Below are positions 11,636 to 21,274 of a stretch of DNA of 64,000 nucleotides, in pieces. The notes under the pieces are model-generated. The model saw only the letters and a list, made by a program, of their open reading frames with translations. It was not told the origin of the DNA and did not search any database. The stretch covers positions 115,698 through 179,697 of the forward strand of contig CAWERV010000009.1 of NCBI GenBank assembly GCA_963811425.1. The letters run 5' to 3'. The translations under genes were made by a program, and so were the position numbers. Positions within the stretch are counted from its first letter, which is position 1, and each line of letters opens with the position of its first letter. The stretch comes from an uncultured Acidobacteriota bacterium (GTDB taxonomy: Bacteria; Acidobacteriota; Thermoanaerobaculia; UBA5066; Gp7-AA6).

Positions 11636-12520
11636 ATGGCGCAGACGGTGGGGTTCATCGGTCTGGGAACGATGGGAACCGGGATGGCGCGCAATCTCGC
11701 GCGGGCGGGATTCCCGCTCGCACTGACGAGCCGCACTCCGGCGAACGTGAAGGCGCTCTCGGCGGAACTCGGCGCAAAGGCCTGCGGCTCGGCGGCCGAG
11801 GTGGGCGCGGAATCCGAAATCGTCGTCTCCTGCCTGCCCGACTCTCCGGAGGTCGAGCAAGTCCACCTCGGCCCGGAGGGCACGGTCCGCGGCGCCGCGA
11901 AAGGGACCGTCGTCATCGACTGCTCGACCATCGCGGCCGAGGCCGCGCGCTCGATCGCGCAGCGGCTCGCGGAATCGGGAATCCCCTTCCTCGACGCGCC
12001 GGTCTCGGGCGGGCAGAAGGGCGCGACCGACGGGACGCTGACCTTCTTCGTCGGCGGCGAAGCGGCCGCCCTCGAAAAGGCGCAGCCGGTCCTGACCGCG
12101 ATGGGAAAACGCATCACGCACCTCGGGCCCTCCGGATCGGGCCAGTTCGGCAAGGCCGTCAACCAGATCGTCGTGGCCGGAACGCTCATGGCCGTCTCGG
12201 AGGGCATCGCCTTCGCGCAGAAGGCGGGGCTCCCCATGCCCGCGCTCCACGAAGCGCTCATGGGCGGCGCCGCGAGCTCCTGGATGCTCGACGTGCTCGG
12301 CAGGAAGATGATGGACCGCGACTTCAAGCCGGCCTTCGCGATCAAGCACCAGCAGAAGGACCTCGGCATCGTGTTGAAGACCGCGCGCGAGAAGGGCGTG
12401 GCGCTGCCGGGGGCCGCGCTCGTCCACCAGCTCCTTTCGGCCCTCGAAGCCCAGGGCCGCGGCGAGGACGGCACGCAGGCGCTCCTGACGCTCTACGAGA
12501 GGATGACCGCCTCGTCATGA
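11636..12520 (+). CDS. NAD(P)-dependent beta-hydroxyacid dehydrogenase (3-hydroxyisobutyrate dehydrogenase / tartronate semialdehyde reductase family)
   Basis: VGFIGLGTMG, FLDAPVSGG, GQFGKAVNQ, KDLGIV; AAGGAG RBS. Confidence 0.9.
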   Translation: MAQTVGFIGLGTMGTGMARNLARAGFPLALTSRTPANVKALSAELGAKACGSAAEVGAESEIVVSCLPDSPEVEQVHLGPEGTVRGAAKGTVVIDCSTIAAEAARSIAQRLAESGIPFLDAPVSGGQKGATDGTLTFFVGGEAAALEKAQPVLTAMGKRITHLGPSGSGQFGKAVNQIVVAGTLMAVSEGIAFAQKAGLPMPALHEALMGGAASSWMLDVLGRKMMDRDFKPAFAIKHQQKDLGIVLKTAREKGVALPGAALVHQLLSALEAQGRGEDGTQALLTLYERMTASS

Positions 12521-13293
12521 CCCGCCTGCTCCCGGGAATCCGCGCGCTCCTCGTGGACCTCGAGGGCACCGTGTACCAGGGCAAGCGACTGATCCCCGGG
12601 GCGGTGGAAGCTCTCGCGGACGCCGAGGCGCGGGGCATTCCGCACCGCTTCGTCACCAACACGACGAGCCGCCCGCGCTCGGCAGTCGTCCGCGAGCTCG
12701 CCGAGATGGGGTTCGCCGTCGACCCCGAGCGCGTCTTTACCGCTCCGCGGGCGGCGCACGCGCATCTCGTCCGGCGCGGCCTCGAGCGGTGTCATTTCCT
12801 CGTCAACCCTGCGCTCCTCGAGGACTTCCCCGGGATCGCGCAGGACGAGCGCTCGCCGCAGGCCGTCGTCCTCGGCGACATGGGCGAGGGCCTGACCTTC
12901 TCGCGCCTGAACGCCGCCTTCCGCCACATTCTGGCCGGCTCCGAGTTCGTCACGCTCGCCCGCAACCGCTACTGGCGCGCGGAGGACGGCTTCATGCTGG
13001 ACCTCGGCGCCTTCGCCGCCGCGCTCGAGTACGCATCGGGCCGCGAGGCGACACTCACCGGCAAGCCGGCTCCGGACTTCTTCACCGCGGCGCTCGCGTC
13101 GCTCGGCGTCGCCCCCGCCGAGGCGGCCGTCGTCGGCGACGACCTCGAGTCCGACGTGGGCGGCGGCCAGGCGGCCGGCATGAAGGGCATCCTCGTCCGG
13201 ACCGGCAAGTTCCGGGTGGAGGACGCGGCGCGCTCCCGGATCCGCCCCGATGCCGCCCTCGACTCGCTCGCCGGGCTGCCCGCGCTCCTTTGA
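12517..13293 (+). CDS. HAD-IIA hydrolase (LHPP/HDHD2-like)
   Basis: LVDLEGTVY, FVTNTT, GKPAPDFF, VGDDLESDVGG, GILVRTGKFR; ATGA overlap. Confidence 0.88.
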   Translation: MTRLLPGIRALLVDLEGTVYQGKRLIPGAVEALADAEARGIPHRFVTNTTSRPRSAVVRELAEMGFAVDPERVFTAPRAAHAHLVRRGLERCHFLVNPALLEDFPGIAQDERSPQAVVLGDMGEGLTFSRLNAAFRHILAGSEFVTLARNRYWRAEDGFMLDLGAFAAALEYASGREATLTGKPAPDFFTAALASLGVAPAEAAVVGDDLESDVGGGQAAGMKGILVRTGKFRVEDAARSRIRPDAALDSLAGLPALL

Positions 13294-13308
13294 TACTCTT
13301 GAAGCCCG

Positions 13309-13575
13309 ATGTCCGAGAAGCCTCCTCCCGACGACCATGCCTCGCGGGTCCACGCGTCCTTCGACGCGCTCCACGAGAAGGTGGGCGGCAAGCTCGACGG
13401 CGCTTCGCGCACGGCCATCGAGAAGGTGCGCGTGGCCGCCGCCGACCGGGATCGCGAGGCCCTGCGCGCGCGGGTGGCGGAGCTGCGCGAGCAGCACGGC
13501 TGGCTGTACAAGGAGCTCGCCGCGCACCCGAAGATCGCCACGCTGCTCGACGAGCTCGCGCTGCTGGGGTTCTAA
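13309..13575 (+). CDS. Small helical hypothetical protein (C-terminus HPKIATLLDELALLGF is reminiscent of DUF4404)
   Basis: 88-aa ORF with normal GC3-rich codon use, co-oriented after the HAD gene; the family resemblance is from memory only. Confidence 0.6.
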   Translation: MSEKPPPDDHASRVHASFDALHEKVGGKLDGASRTAIEKVRVAAADRDREALRARVAELREQHGWLYKELAAHPKIATLLDELALLGF

Positions 13576-13826
13576 CCGTCGCTCGCGCTTGGTCGGGGGT
13601 CTGCGCCGTACGGCGCACCGGCGAGCGGCTCGCCCGGATGCGGGCTCGACCGCTCGCCTGACCCCCTCGCGGCGCGCTCGCTCCCGCGGCGCGCGCCTCC
13701 TCCCTCCCTTCGGTCGGGAGACTTCGCACGCCGCGAGCACCTGTCACGTTGTCGCATCTTCATGTCACCCTCTTGGAGCTGGAATGTGACTCTAGCGCGG
13801 CGGCGGATCAGCAATAAACTCGCCCG

Positions 13827-14978
13827 ATGCCGTCGGGCCGCAAGGACTGGGGGGACCTGCTCAGGTCGACGTTTCGAGACGTGGGCCGGGCGGACATCGT
13901 CGGCCTCTACTCCCTCGAGTGGAAGCACGCCAGGGGGAAGCTGACCGCCGACGACCGGGAAGCGCTCGAGCGCGAGCCCAAGCGCTGGAAGCGGTGGTTC
14001 AAGACGACCAACAGCGTTCTCTTCGGCCTCGCCAAGCGCCTGGCTCCCGCCCGCCGGGTCATCTTCATCGCGGTCCTCGCCTGCTTCCTGCTCTCGATGT
14101 TCGGGCCCTCGTTCGAACGCCACAGCGAGAAGGTCCAGAACGGCGTCCGGCGCACCACGTCGTATCGCGTGGACCTCGACAGCGGTTTCCTCGCGGCGGC
14201 GGCCGCGCTGCTGACGCTGCTGCTCGGCATGGAGCTGGTCGACAAGATCAACTTCCGCGACGAGCTCGAGCTCGCGCGCGAGCTCCAGGCGAGCCTCATC
14301 CCCAAGGTCCTCCCGAAGACCGCCTCCCTCGAGCTCGGCGCCCACAACGAGATCGCCAACATGGTCGGGGGCGACATCTACGACTTCGTGCCGCTGCCGG
14401 ACGGGCGGCTGGCCGTGCTCTTCGGCGACGCGTCCGGGCACGGGATGGCGGCCGGCCTCGTCATGGCCGTGGCGCACGCCGCCTTCCGCACGCAGCTCGA
14501 GGTCGACGCCACTCCACCGGCCATGTTCGCGACGCTGAACCGCATCCTGTCCCGCACCGGAAGCCCGCGCGCCTTCTTCAGCTGCGTCTACCTGCTGTTC
14601 TCGCCCGACGGCGCATTCATCGGTTCGATCGCGGGCCACCCCCAGCCGCTCGCGATCCGGCCGGACGGCGGCGTGCGGCAGCGCTTCGGCGCGGGGGCCT
14701 ACCCGCTCGGGATCAAGGGCGGCATCACCTGGCCTCTCGAGAACGGGCGGCTCGAACCGGGAGAGATCCTGTTGCTGCATTCCGACGGCGTGTCCGAGGC
14801 TCGCGACGCCGCCGGCCGGGACTTCGGCGACGCACGCATCGAGGCCGCGGCGCGCTCGGCGATCCGACTGCCGGCGCAGGAGATCGCGGCCGCGCTCGCC
14901 CGGGAGGTCCGGGCCTTCCGGGGCCCCGGCAGCCCCGAGGACGACATCTCGATCGCCGTCCTGCGCCGCATCGGCTGA
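13827..14978 (+). CDS. Membrane-bound PP2C/SpoIIE (RsbU-like) serine phosphatase
   Basis: Two TM segments, then ELELARELQ, VGGDIYD, FGDASGHG, LHSDGV, EDDISI. Confidence 0.9.
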   Translation: MPSGRKDWGDLLRSTFRDVGRADIVGLYSLEWKHARGKLTADDREALEREPKRWKRWFKTTNSVLFGLAKRLAPARRVIFIAVLACFLLSMFGPSFERHSEKVQNGVRRTTSYRVDLDSGFLAAAAALLTLLLGMELVDKINFRDELELARELQASLIPKVLPKTASLELGAHNEIANMVGGDIYDFVPLPDGRLAVLFGDASGHGMAAGLVMAVAHAAFRTQLEVDATPPAMFATLNRILSRTGSPRAFFSCVYLLFSPDGAFIGSIAGHPQPLAIRPDGGVRQRFGAGAYPLGIKGGITWPLENGRLEPGEILLLHSDGVSEARDAAGRDFGDARIEAAARSAIRLPAQEIAAALAREVRAFRGPGSPEDDISIAVLRRIG

Positions 14979-15098
14979 CCCCGGGAATCCCTCCCGCTCC
15001 CGGACCGTTCTCCCCGGTGCCGTTCTTTGACCGCGGAATCCGTCCGACCCTTTCGGACGTATTTCTTGGCGTCCCTCGAAAGGGACAAGGAGTGCCCG

Positions 15099-17603
15099 AT
15101 GTCCGAGCTGGCCCCGTCTTCGTCTCTTCCGGTCGTTCCGATGCGGAACGCCGTTCTGTTTCCCGGCGTGACCTTTCCGATCTCGGCCGGCCGTGCCGGG
15201 ACCCTGCGCGGCATCGAAGCGGCGATGAGCACGCCCGAACGGCTCGTCTTCGCGGTGGCGCAGCGCTCCGAGTCGGAAAACGTCTCGCCGACCGACCTCT
15301 ACACGATCGGCACGATCGCCACGCTCGGCTCGATCCAGCGCGGGATCGGCGGGATCCGGCTCGTCCTCGAGGGCAAGTCGCGCGGCATCGCCCTGCGCGT
15401 GGCACCGAAGAACGGCTATCTCGAGGCGACCGTCCAGCACGCGCAGGAAATGCTCCCGCTCGATTCGAAGGACGCGGCCTTCGCCGGCCTCCACCGGGAG
15501 GCGCGCGAGCGCGCGGCCGAGCTCGGCAAGAAGCTCGGCCTTCCCGACGGAACGGTCGACCAGATCCTCGCGGAGGTCGACGAGCCCGGGCGCCTGGCCG
15601 ACCTCGTCGCCGGCTACCTCGACATTCCGGTCGTCGACAAACAGGTCCTGCTCGAGACGCTCTCGGTCGAAGACCGCCTGCGCCGCGTGCTGGTGCACGT
15701 GCAGCGCCAGGTGGACGTCCTCTCGGCGCAGGAGGACATCCAGTCCAAGGTCAAGGAAGAGCTCGGCGGCCGCCAGCGCGAGATGTACCTGCGCGAGCAG
15801 ATGAAGGCGATCCAGAAGGAGCTCGGTGAGGGCGAGGGCGGCTCGGACGACGGGTTGAAGGAGCTGCGCGCCACGCTCGACGCGCTCGATCTTCCCGAGG
15901 AAGCGCGCAAGGAGGTCGACCGCGAATGGGCGCGGCTCACGCGGATCGGCCGCGAGTCCATGGAGTCCCAGGTGCTGCGCACCTACCTCGAGACGATCGC
16001 CGAGCTGCCGTGGAACGCGCGCACCGAGGAGAAGCTCGACGTCGGCGAGGCGGCCCGCGTGCTCGACGAGGACCACTACGGGTTGAAAGACGTCAAGGAC
16101 CGCATCCTCGAGTTCCTGGCCGTGCGGCAGCTCTCACGGGAGCGGGAGAACGCCGGGCCGGCCGAGGAAGCGGCCCGGAAGGACGGTGTGGACAAGGCGG
16201 ACAAGCCCGACGAGACGGCCGGCGCGAAGCCGCCGGCCGCGCGCTCCGGCAAGGGGCGCATCCTCCTCTTCGCCGGCCCCCCGGGCGTCGGCAAGACCTC
16301 GATCGCCAAGTCCATCGCGCGCGCGATGGGGCGCAAGTACGTCCGCATCTCGCTCGGCGGCGCCCGCGACGAGGCCGACATCCGCGGCCACCGGCGCACC
16401 TACATCGGCGCGATGCCGGGGCGCATCCTGCAGGGCATGAAACAGGCGGGCTCGAAGAACCCGGTCTTTCTGCTCGACGAGGTGGACAAGCTCGGCGTCT
16501 CCTTCCAGGGCGACCCGGCCTCGGCGCTGCTCGAGGTCCTCGACCCCGCGCAGAACGACAGTTTCACCGACCACTACCTGGGCGTCCCGTTCGACCTCTC
16601 GGAGGTGCTCTTCATCGCGACGGCGAACTTCGTCCAGAACATCCAGGGGCCGCTCTATGACCGCATGGAGGTCGTGAACTTCGCCGGCTACACCGAGGAG
16701 GAGAAGCTCCAGATCGCCCGCAGCTACCTCGTGCCGCGCCAGGTCGAGGAGAACGGCCTGAAATCCGGCCAGCTCACGCTCTCCGACGACGCCATCCGCG
16801 AGGTCGTCACGAGCTACACGCGGGAGTCCGGCGTGCGGCAGCTCGAGCGCGAGCTCGGCAAGCTCGCGCGCAAGGTCGCGCGGCGCATCGCCGCCCGCGA
16901 GATCGAGGGCCAGACCGTCGGCCGCGAGGACGTGCATCCGCTGCTCGGGCGCCCCCGCGTGCACCCGGAGAAGATGGCCCGCGAGGACCAGGTCGGCATC
17001 GCGACCGGCATGTATTACACGCCCCAGGGCGGCGACATCATGTTCGTCGAGGCCTCGCTCATGCGCGGCAAGGGCGAGCTCATCCTCACCGGACAGCTCG
17101 GCGACGTCATGAAGGAGTCGGCCCGTGCGGCATGGACCTTCGCCCGCTCGCACGCCGCGTGGCTCGGCATCGACGAGAAGGATTTCGAGCGCGACATCCA
17201 CATCCACGTTCCGGCGGGCGCGATTCCGAAGGACGGGCCTTCCGCCGGCATCGCGATGGCATCGGCCGTCGTTTCGGCGCTCTCCGGCCGCCCCGTCAAG
17301 AACGACCTCGCCATGACCGGCGAGATCACGATCTCCGGCCGCGTCCTGCCGATCGGCGGATTGAAGGAGAAGATCCTCGGCGCGGTGCGGGCCGGCATCC
17401 ACCGCATCCTGATCCCGAAGGACAACGAGCCCGACCTCGAAGACCTGGCCGCCGAAGTGCGGGACTCGATCGAGGTCTACCCCGTCACGACGCTCGTCGA
17501 GGCGCTGTCCGTCACGCTGCGCGACACGGCGCTCGAGAACGGGCGGCTGTCGTTCGGGACCGGCGCGGTCGAGCCCGGCATCAATCCGGATTCGGTGTCG
17601 TAG
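15099..17603 (+). CDS. lon: ATP-dependent Lon protease
   Basis: PMRNAVLFPG N-domain, DHYGLKDVKDRILEFL, GPPGVGKTS, DEADIRGHRRTYIGAMPG, PKDGPSAG (Ser), IGGLKEK (Lys); AAGGAG RBS. Confidence 0.96.
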   Translation: MSELAPSSSLPVVPMRNAVLFPGVTFPISAGRAGTLRGIEAAMSTPERLVFAVAQRSESENVSPTDLYTIGTIATLGSIQRGIGGIRLVLEGKSRGIALRVAPKNGYLEATVQHAQEMLPLDSKDAAFAGLHREARERAAELGKKLGLPDGTVDQILAEVDEPGRLADLVAGYLDIPVVDKQVLLETLSVEDRLRRVLVHVQRQVDVLSAQEDIQSKVKEELGGRQREMYLREQMKAIQKELGEGEGGSDDGLKELRATLDALDLPEEARKEVDREWARLTRIGRESMESQVLRTYLETIAELPWNARTEEKLDVGEAARVLDEDHYGLKDVKDRILEFLAVRQLSRERENAGPAEEAARKDGVDKADKPDETAGAKPPAARSGKGRILLFAGPPGVGKTSIAKSIARAMGRKYVRISLGGARDEADIRGHRRTYIGAMPGRILQGMKQAGSKNPVFLLDEVDKLGVSFQGDPASALLEVLDPAQNDSFTDHYLGVPFDLSEVLFIATANFVQNIQGPLYDRMEVVNFAGYTEEEKLQIARSYLVPRQVEENGLKSGQLTLSDDAIREVVTSYTRESGVRQLERELGKLARKVARRIAAREIEGQTVGREDVHPLLGRPRVHPEKMAREDQVGIATGMYYTPQGGDIMFVEASLMRGKGELILTGQLGDVMKESARAAWTFARSHAAWLGIDEKDFERDIHIHVPAGAIPKDGPSAGIAMASAVVSALSGRPVKNDLAMTGEITISGRVLPIGGLKEKILGAVRAGIHRILIPKDNEPDLEDLAAEVRDSIEVYPVTTLVEALSVTLRDTALENGRLSFGTGAVEPGINPDSVS

Positions 17604-17670
17604 GGGCGGGGCTCGTCCCGCCCGCCTCTGCAACACCCTGACGGACGCGGGGGACCGCAAGGCTGCCCCT
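17594..17670. repeat. GTAG-type REP-like element, family C copy 1
   Basis: GGTGTCGTAG + GGGCGGG-GCTCGT-CCCGCCC hairpin + GCAACACC; homologous to 27090-27150. The GTAG supplies the lon stop codon. Confidence 0.55.
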
Positions 17671-17725
17671 GCGGCGCGACGGGGTCTCCGTCATAAGATC
17701 TCCCTCTCACATTGAAGGAGGCTCC

Positions 17726-19747
17726 GTGAAATCCACGCTTACATTCCTGGCCGCCATCGGCGCGGTCGCGATCTGCAGCACCGCCCTCGCGGAGCCGGAC
17801 GTCCGCGGCATCAATCCGGCCGACATGGACCCATCCGTCCAGGCCTGCCAGGACTTCAACGTCTACGGCAACGGAGGCTGGCTGAAGTCGAACCCGATCC
17901 CCGCCGACCAGTCGTACTGGGGGTCCTTCACGATCCTCGAGGAGAGCAACCGCGAGAGCCTGCACAAGGTCCTCGAAAAAGCCTCGAAGGCGGCGAACGC
18001 TCCGGGCTCCGACGATCAGAAGGTCGGCGACTTTTACGCCACGTGCATGGACGAAGCCGCGATCGAGGCGCAGGGCATCGCGCCACTCAAGGGCGAGCTC
18101 GCTGCGATCGACAAGCTCGGCACGGTCGCCCAGTTGCAGGCCGAGATCGCGCGCCTCCAACAGATCGGCGTCAACGCGGTCTTCGCTTTCGGCTCCGACC
18201 AGGATCGCCGCGACGCGAGCGAAGTGATCGTCGGCGCCTACCAGGGCGGCCTCGGGCTGCCCGATCGCGACTACTACACGAAGGCCGACGACGAGTCGAA
18301 GAAGCTCCGCGACGAATACGTCGCCCACGTTACGAAGATGTTCGCGCTCATGGGCGAGGCCCCCGCGCGGGCCGCCGAAAACGCGAAGGGGGTCCTGGCC
18401 CTCGAGACGCGCCTGGCCGAGGCCTCGATGACCCGCGTCGAGCGCCGTGACCCGGACAAGACCTACAACCGCAAGACGTTCGCCGAGCTTGCCCAGCTCA
18501 CGCCGAACTTCTCCTGGACGGCCTACATGAAGGCGGTCGGTGCGCCCGCCGTCGCCGCCGTCAACGTCGGCCAGCCGAAGTATTTCGAGGCGGTCAACAA
18601 GGAGCTCGTCGCGACGCCGCTGCCACAGTGGAAGACGTACCTGCGCTGGCACCTGATCGCCGCCGCGGCGCCGAGCCTCTCGAAGAAGTTCGTCGACGAG
18701 GACTTCGACTTCTACGGCAAGACCCTCCAGGGCACGCCGGAAAACGAGGTGCGGTGGAAACGCTGCGTCTCCTCGACCGACGAGGCCATCGGCCACGCGC
18801 TCGGCAAGGCGTACGTGCGCGACTACTTCCCGCCGGAGGCCAAGGCGCGCGCCGACGCGATGGTCAAGAACCTGATCGCCGCGCTGCGCGCCGATCTCAC
18901 GACCCTGCCCTGGATGGGCGAGGCGACGCGCAAGGCCGCTCTGGCCAAGCTCGACGCCTTCGACCCCAAGATCGGATATCCCGACAAGTGGCGGGACTAT
19001 TCGGCCCTGAAGATCGACCGCGGACCGTACGTCCTGAACCGCCAGCGGGCCAACGAGTTCGAGTTTCAGCGCGATCTCACCAAGGTCGGCAAGCCCGTCG
19101 ACCGGACCGAGTGGGAAATGTCGCCCCCGACCGTCAACGCGTACTACAACCCCCAGAAGAACGAGATCGTGTTCCCCGCCGGCATCCTGCAGCCGCCCTT
19201 CTTCGACGCCAAGGCCGACGACGCCGTCAACTACGGCGCGATGGGCGCCGTCATCGGACACGAGATGACGCACGGCTTCGACGACCAGGGCCGCAAGTTC
19301 GACGCGCAGGGGAACATGCGCGAGTGGTGGACGCCGGAGGACTTGAAGAACTACGAGGAACGATCCAGGTGCGTCGAGGAGCAGTACAACTCTTACGTGT
19401 ACGACGGCCAGCACGTCAACGGCAAGCTCGTCCTCGGCGAGGCGACCGCGGACCTGGGCGGCCTCGCAATCGCAAATCGCGCGTACCAGGCGACGCTCGC
19501 GGGCAAGCCGGCCCCGGCGCCGATCGACGGCCTGACGGGCGACCAGCGCCTGTTCCTCGCGTGGGCGCGCGTCTGGGCGGCCAACATCCGCCCGGAGCTT
19601 TCGAAGCTCCTCATGAACACGAATCCGCACCCCCTGTCGCAGTTCCGCGCGATCGGGCCGCCCTCGACGCTGCCCGAGTTCGCGAAGGCCTTCGGCTGCA
19701 AGCCGGGGGAACCGATGGTCCGCAAGGACCTGTGCCAGATCTGGTAG
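17726..19747 (+). CDS. Secreted M13 (neprilysin/PepO) metallopeptidase
   Basis: Signal peptide, CQDFNVYGNGGW, VNAYYNP, FPAGILQPPFF, GHEMTHGFDDQG (HExxH), GEATAD, PHP. Confidence 0.93.
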   Translation: MKSTLTFLAAIGAVAICSTALAEPDVRGINPADMDPSVQACQDFNVYGNGGWLKSNPIPADQSYWGSFTILEESNRESLHKVLEKASKAANAPGSDDQKVGDFYATCMDEAAIEAQGIAPLKGELAAIDKLGTVAQLQAEIARLQQIGVNAVFAFGSDQDRRDASEVIVGAYQGGLGLPDRDYYTKADDESKKLRDEYVAHVTKMFALMGEAPARAAENAKGVLALETRLAEASMTRVERRDPDKTYNRKTFAELAQLTPNFSWTAYMKAVGAPAVAAVNVGQPKYFEAVNKELVATPLPQWKTYLRWHLIAAAAPSLSKKFVDEDFDFYGKTLQGTPENEVRWKRCVSSTDEAIGHALGKAYVRDYFPPEAKARADAMVKNLIAALRADLTTLPWMGEATRKAALAKLDAFDPKIGYPDKWRDYSALKIDRGPYVLNRQRANEFEFQRDLTKVGKPVDRTEWEMSPPTVNAYYNPQKNEIVFPAGILQPPFFDAKADDAVNYGAMGAVIGHEMTHGFDDQGRKFDAQGNMREWWTPEDLKNYEERSRCVEEQYNSYVYDGQHVNGKLVLGEATADLGGLAIANRAYQATLAGKPAPAPIDGLTGDQRLFLAWARVWAANIRPELSKLLMNTNPHPLSQFRAIGPPSTLPEFAKAFGCKPGEPMVRKDLCQIW

Positions 19748-19784
19748 GCGCCAAGCCGACACGCGCCTTTCCAAATCCGGACTC

Positions 19785-19861
19785 GACACGCGACCGTCCG
19801 GGTCGAGTACGGGATCCATCGCGGAGCCTGCCCCGAGCGAAGTCGAGGGGCTCGGGATGAC
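19785..19861. repeat. Palindromic repeat family B, partial/composite copy
   Basis: Shares GACACGCGACC, ACGGGATCC (same 24-nt offset) and terminal CTCGGGATGAC with 43726-43817; has an extra inserted GAGCCTGCCCCGAGCGAAGTCGAGGGG. Confidence 0.6.
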
Positions 19862-19905
19862 CGAGAAACGCACGCCCCTCGCCCACCTGCCATATCCTTC
19901 GCGCC

Positions 19906-21033
19906 ATGGCTGAAGAAGAATCGGATTCCCGCGAAGGCGAAGGGCTCGAGCTTCCGACCCGCTTCCGGCGCGGCAAGCCCGGAGCGCGGCCGGGCGTCGC
20001 GATCTCCGATCTCGAGACCATGCCGGCGCCAGCCGTCCGCGTCCCGATCACCTGCATCGACTACGCGCCCGACCGCGTCGAGAAGCACAGGATCACCGAC
20101 TTCGACGCCTTCATCAAGAGCCGCCGCGAGGCGTGGGTCAAGGTCCGTTGGATCAACATCGACGGCCTGAACGACCCCGAGACGATCCGCGCACTCGCGA
20201 TCAAGTACGGCCTGCACCCGCTCGCGATCGAAGACATGATGACCACCGGCCTGCGGCCCAAGCTCGAGCCCTACCCGGCGCAGGACGGCCGTCCGCCGCA
20301 TCTCTTCCTCATCATCCGCATGGTCCAGCTCGTCGACGAAGCCCTCGACAGCCAACAAGTCAGCCTGTTCGTCGAGGGCGAGACCGTTCTCACGTTCCAG
20401 GAACAGCCGGGGGACATCTGGGACCCCATCCGGGAGCGCATCGACAAGTCCGGGTCCCGACTGCGGGAGCTCGACGCGAGCTTCCTCGCCTACGCCCTCA
20501 TCGACTCGATCGTCGACCACTGCTTTCCGGTGCTCGAGCACTATGGCGACCGGCTCGAGGAGCTCGAGGACCTCGTCCTCGACCGCCCGGACCGGGGGAC
20601 GATCAACGAGATCCACAAGGTCAAGCGCGAGCTGCTGCTGCTGCGGCGCGCCATCTGGCCGATGCGCGAAGTCGTCAACACGATGCACCGCGAGCCCCAC
20701 GAATGCTTGAGCGACGTCACGCGGACGTACCTGCGGGACGTCTACGACCACCTCATCCAGATCATGGACATCATCGAGACCTACCGCGAGGTCGGCACGA
20801 GCCTGACCGAGACCTACATGACCTCGATGTCGAACCGGCTGTCGGAGGTCATGAAGGTGCTGACGATCATCGGCACCATCTTCATCCCGCTGACCTTCCT
20901 CGCCGGCGTTTACGGAATGAACATGGCGATCCCCGAAATCCACTGGCCGATGGCATACCCCGCCTTCTGGGGCATCTGCGCGGTCCTTGCGGGCGCGATG
21001 ATTTACTGGTTCCGCAAGCGGGACTGGCTCTGA
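19906..21033 (+). CDS. corA: CorA Mg/Co transporter
   Basis: WINIDG, LHPLAIED, YALIDSIVD, EVMKVLTII, FIPLTFLAGVYGMN signature, two C-terminal TMs. Confidence 0.93.
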   Translation: MAEEESDSREGEGLELPTRFRRGKPGARPGVAISDLETMPAPAVRVPITCIDYAPDRVEKHRITDFDAFIKSRREAWVKVRWINIDGLNDPETIRALAIKYGLHPLAIEDMMTTGLRPKLEPYPAQDGRPPHLFLIIRMVQLVDEALDSQQVSLFVEGETVLTFQEQPGDIWDPIRERIDKSGSRLRELDASFLAYALIDSIVDHCFPVLEHYGDRLEELEDLVLDRPDRGTINEIHKVKRELLLLRRAIWPMREVVNTMHREPHECLSDVTRTYLRDVYDHLIQIMDIIETYREVGTSLTETYMTSMSNRLSEVMKVLTIIGTIFIPLTFLAGVYGMNMAIPEIHWPMAYPAFWGICAVLAGAMIYWFRKRDWL

Positions 21034-21071
21034 GCGCGGGCGTCCCTCGACGAGGCACACGGAGACCAGAA

Positions 21072-21116
21072 AGGGAGCCTTCGCTTCGCTCAGCCCAGCA
21101 GGGCTCGAAGGATCCC
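21072..21116. repeat. REP-like imperfect palindrome, family A copy 2
   Basis: AGGGAGCCTTCG...CGAAGGATCCC; aligns with 3056-3103. Confidence 0.6.
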
Positions 21117-21274
21117 TTTAGTGGCCGCACTGCCACTTGAACTCCCCGACGCCAGCCTAAGTTGCTGGCCGGTTGGAGTGTTACGCGCGCCGACTCCCTG
21201 ACCCCCGCGTGCGATAATCTCCGGTTTCGCGGGCCCGGCCCCGGATACCACTTCAAGCAAAAAGGACGTCATTC

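Noticed and set aside
21120-21274. Possible riboswitch or ncRNA upstream of the ATP-grasp operon (hairpins GCCAGC/GCTGGC and GGAGT/ACTCC)
   Set aside because: No recognisable aptamer motif, and a GATAAT -10-like box like those before the tRNAs lies downstream of the hairpins, so they are probably not in the leader.
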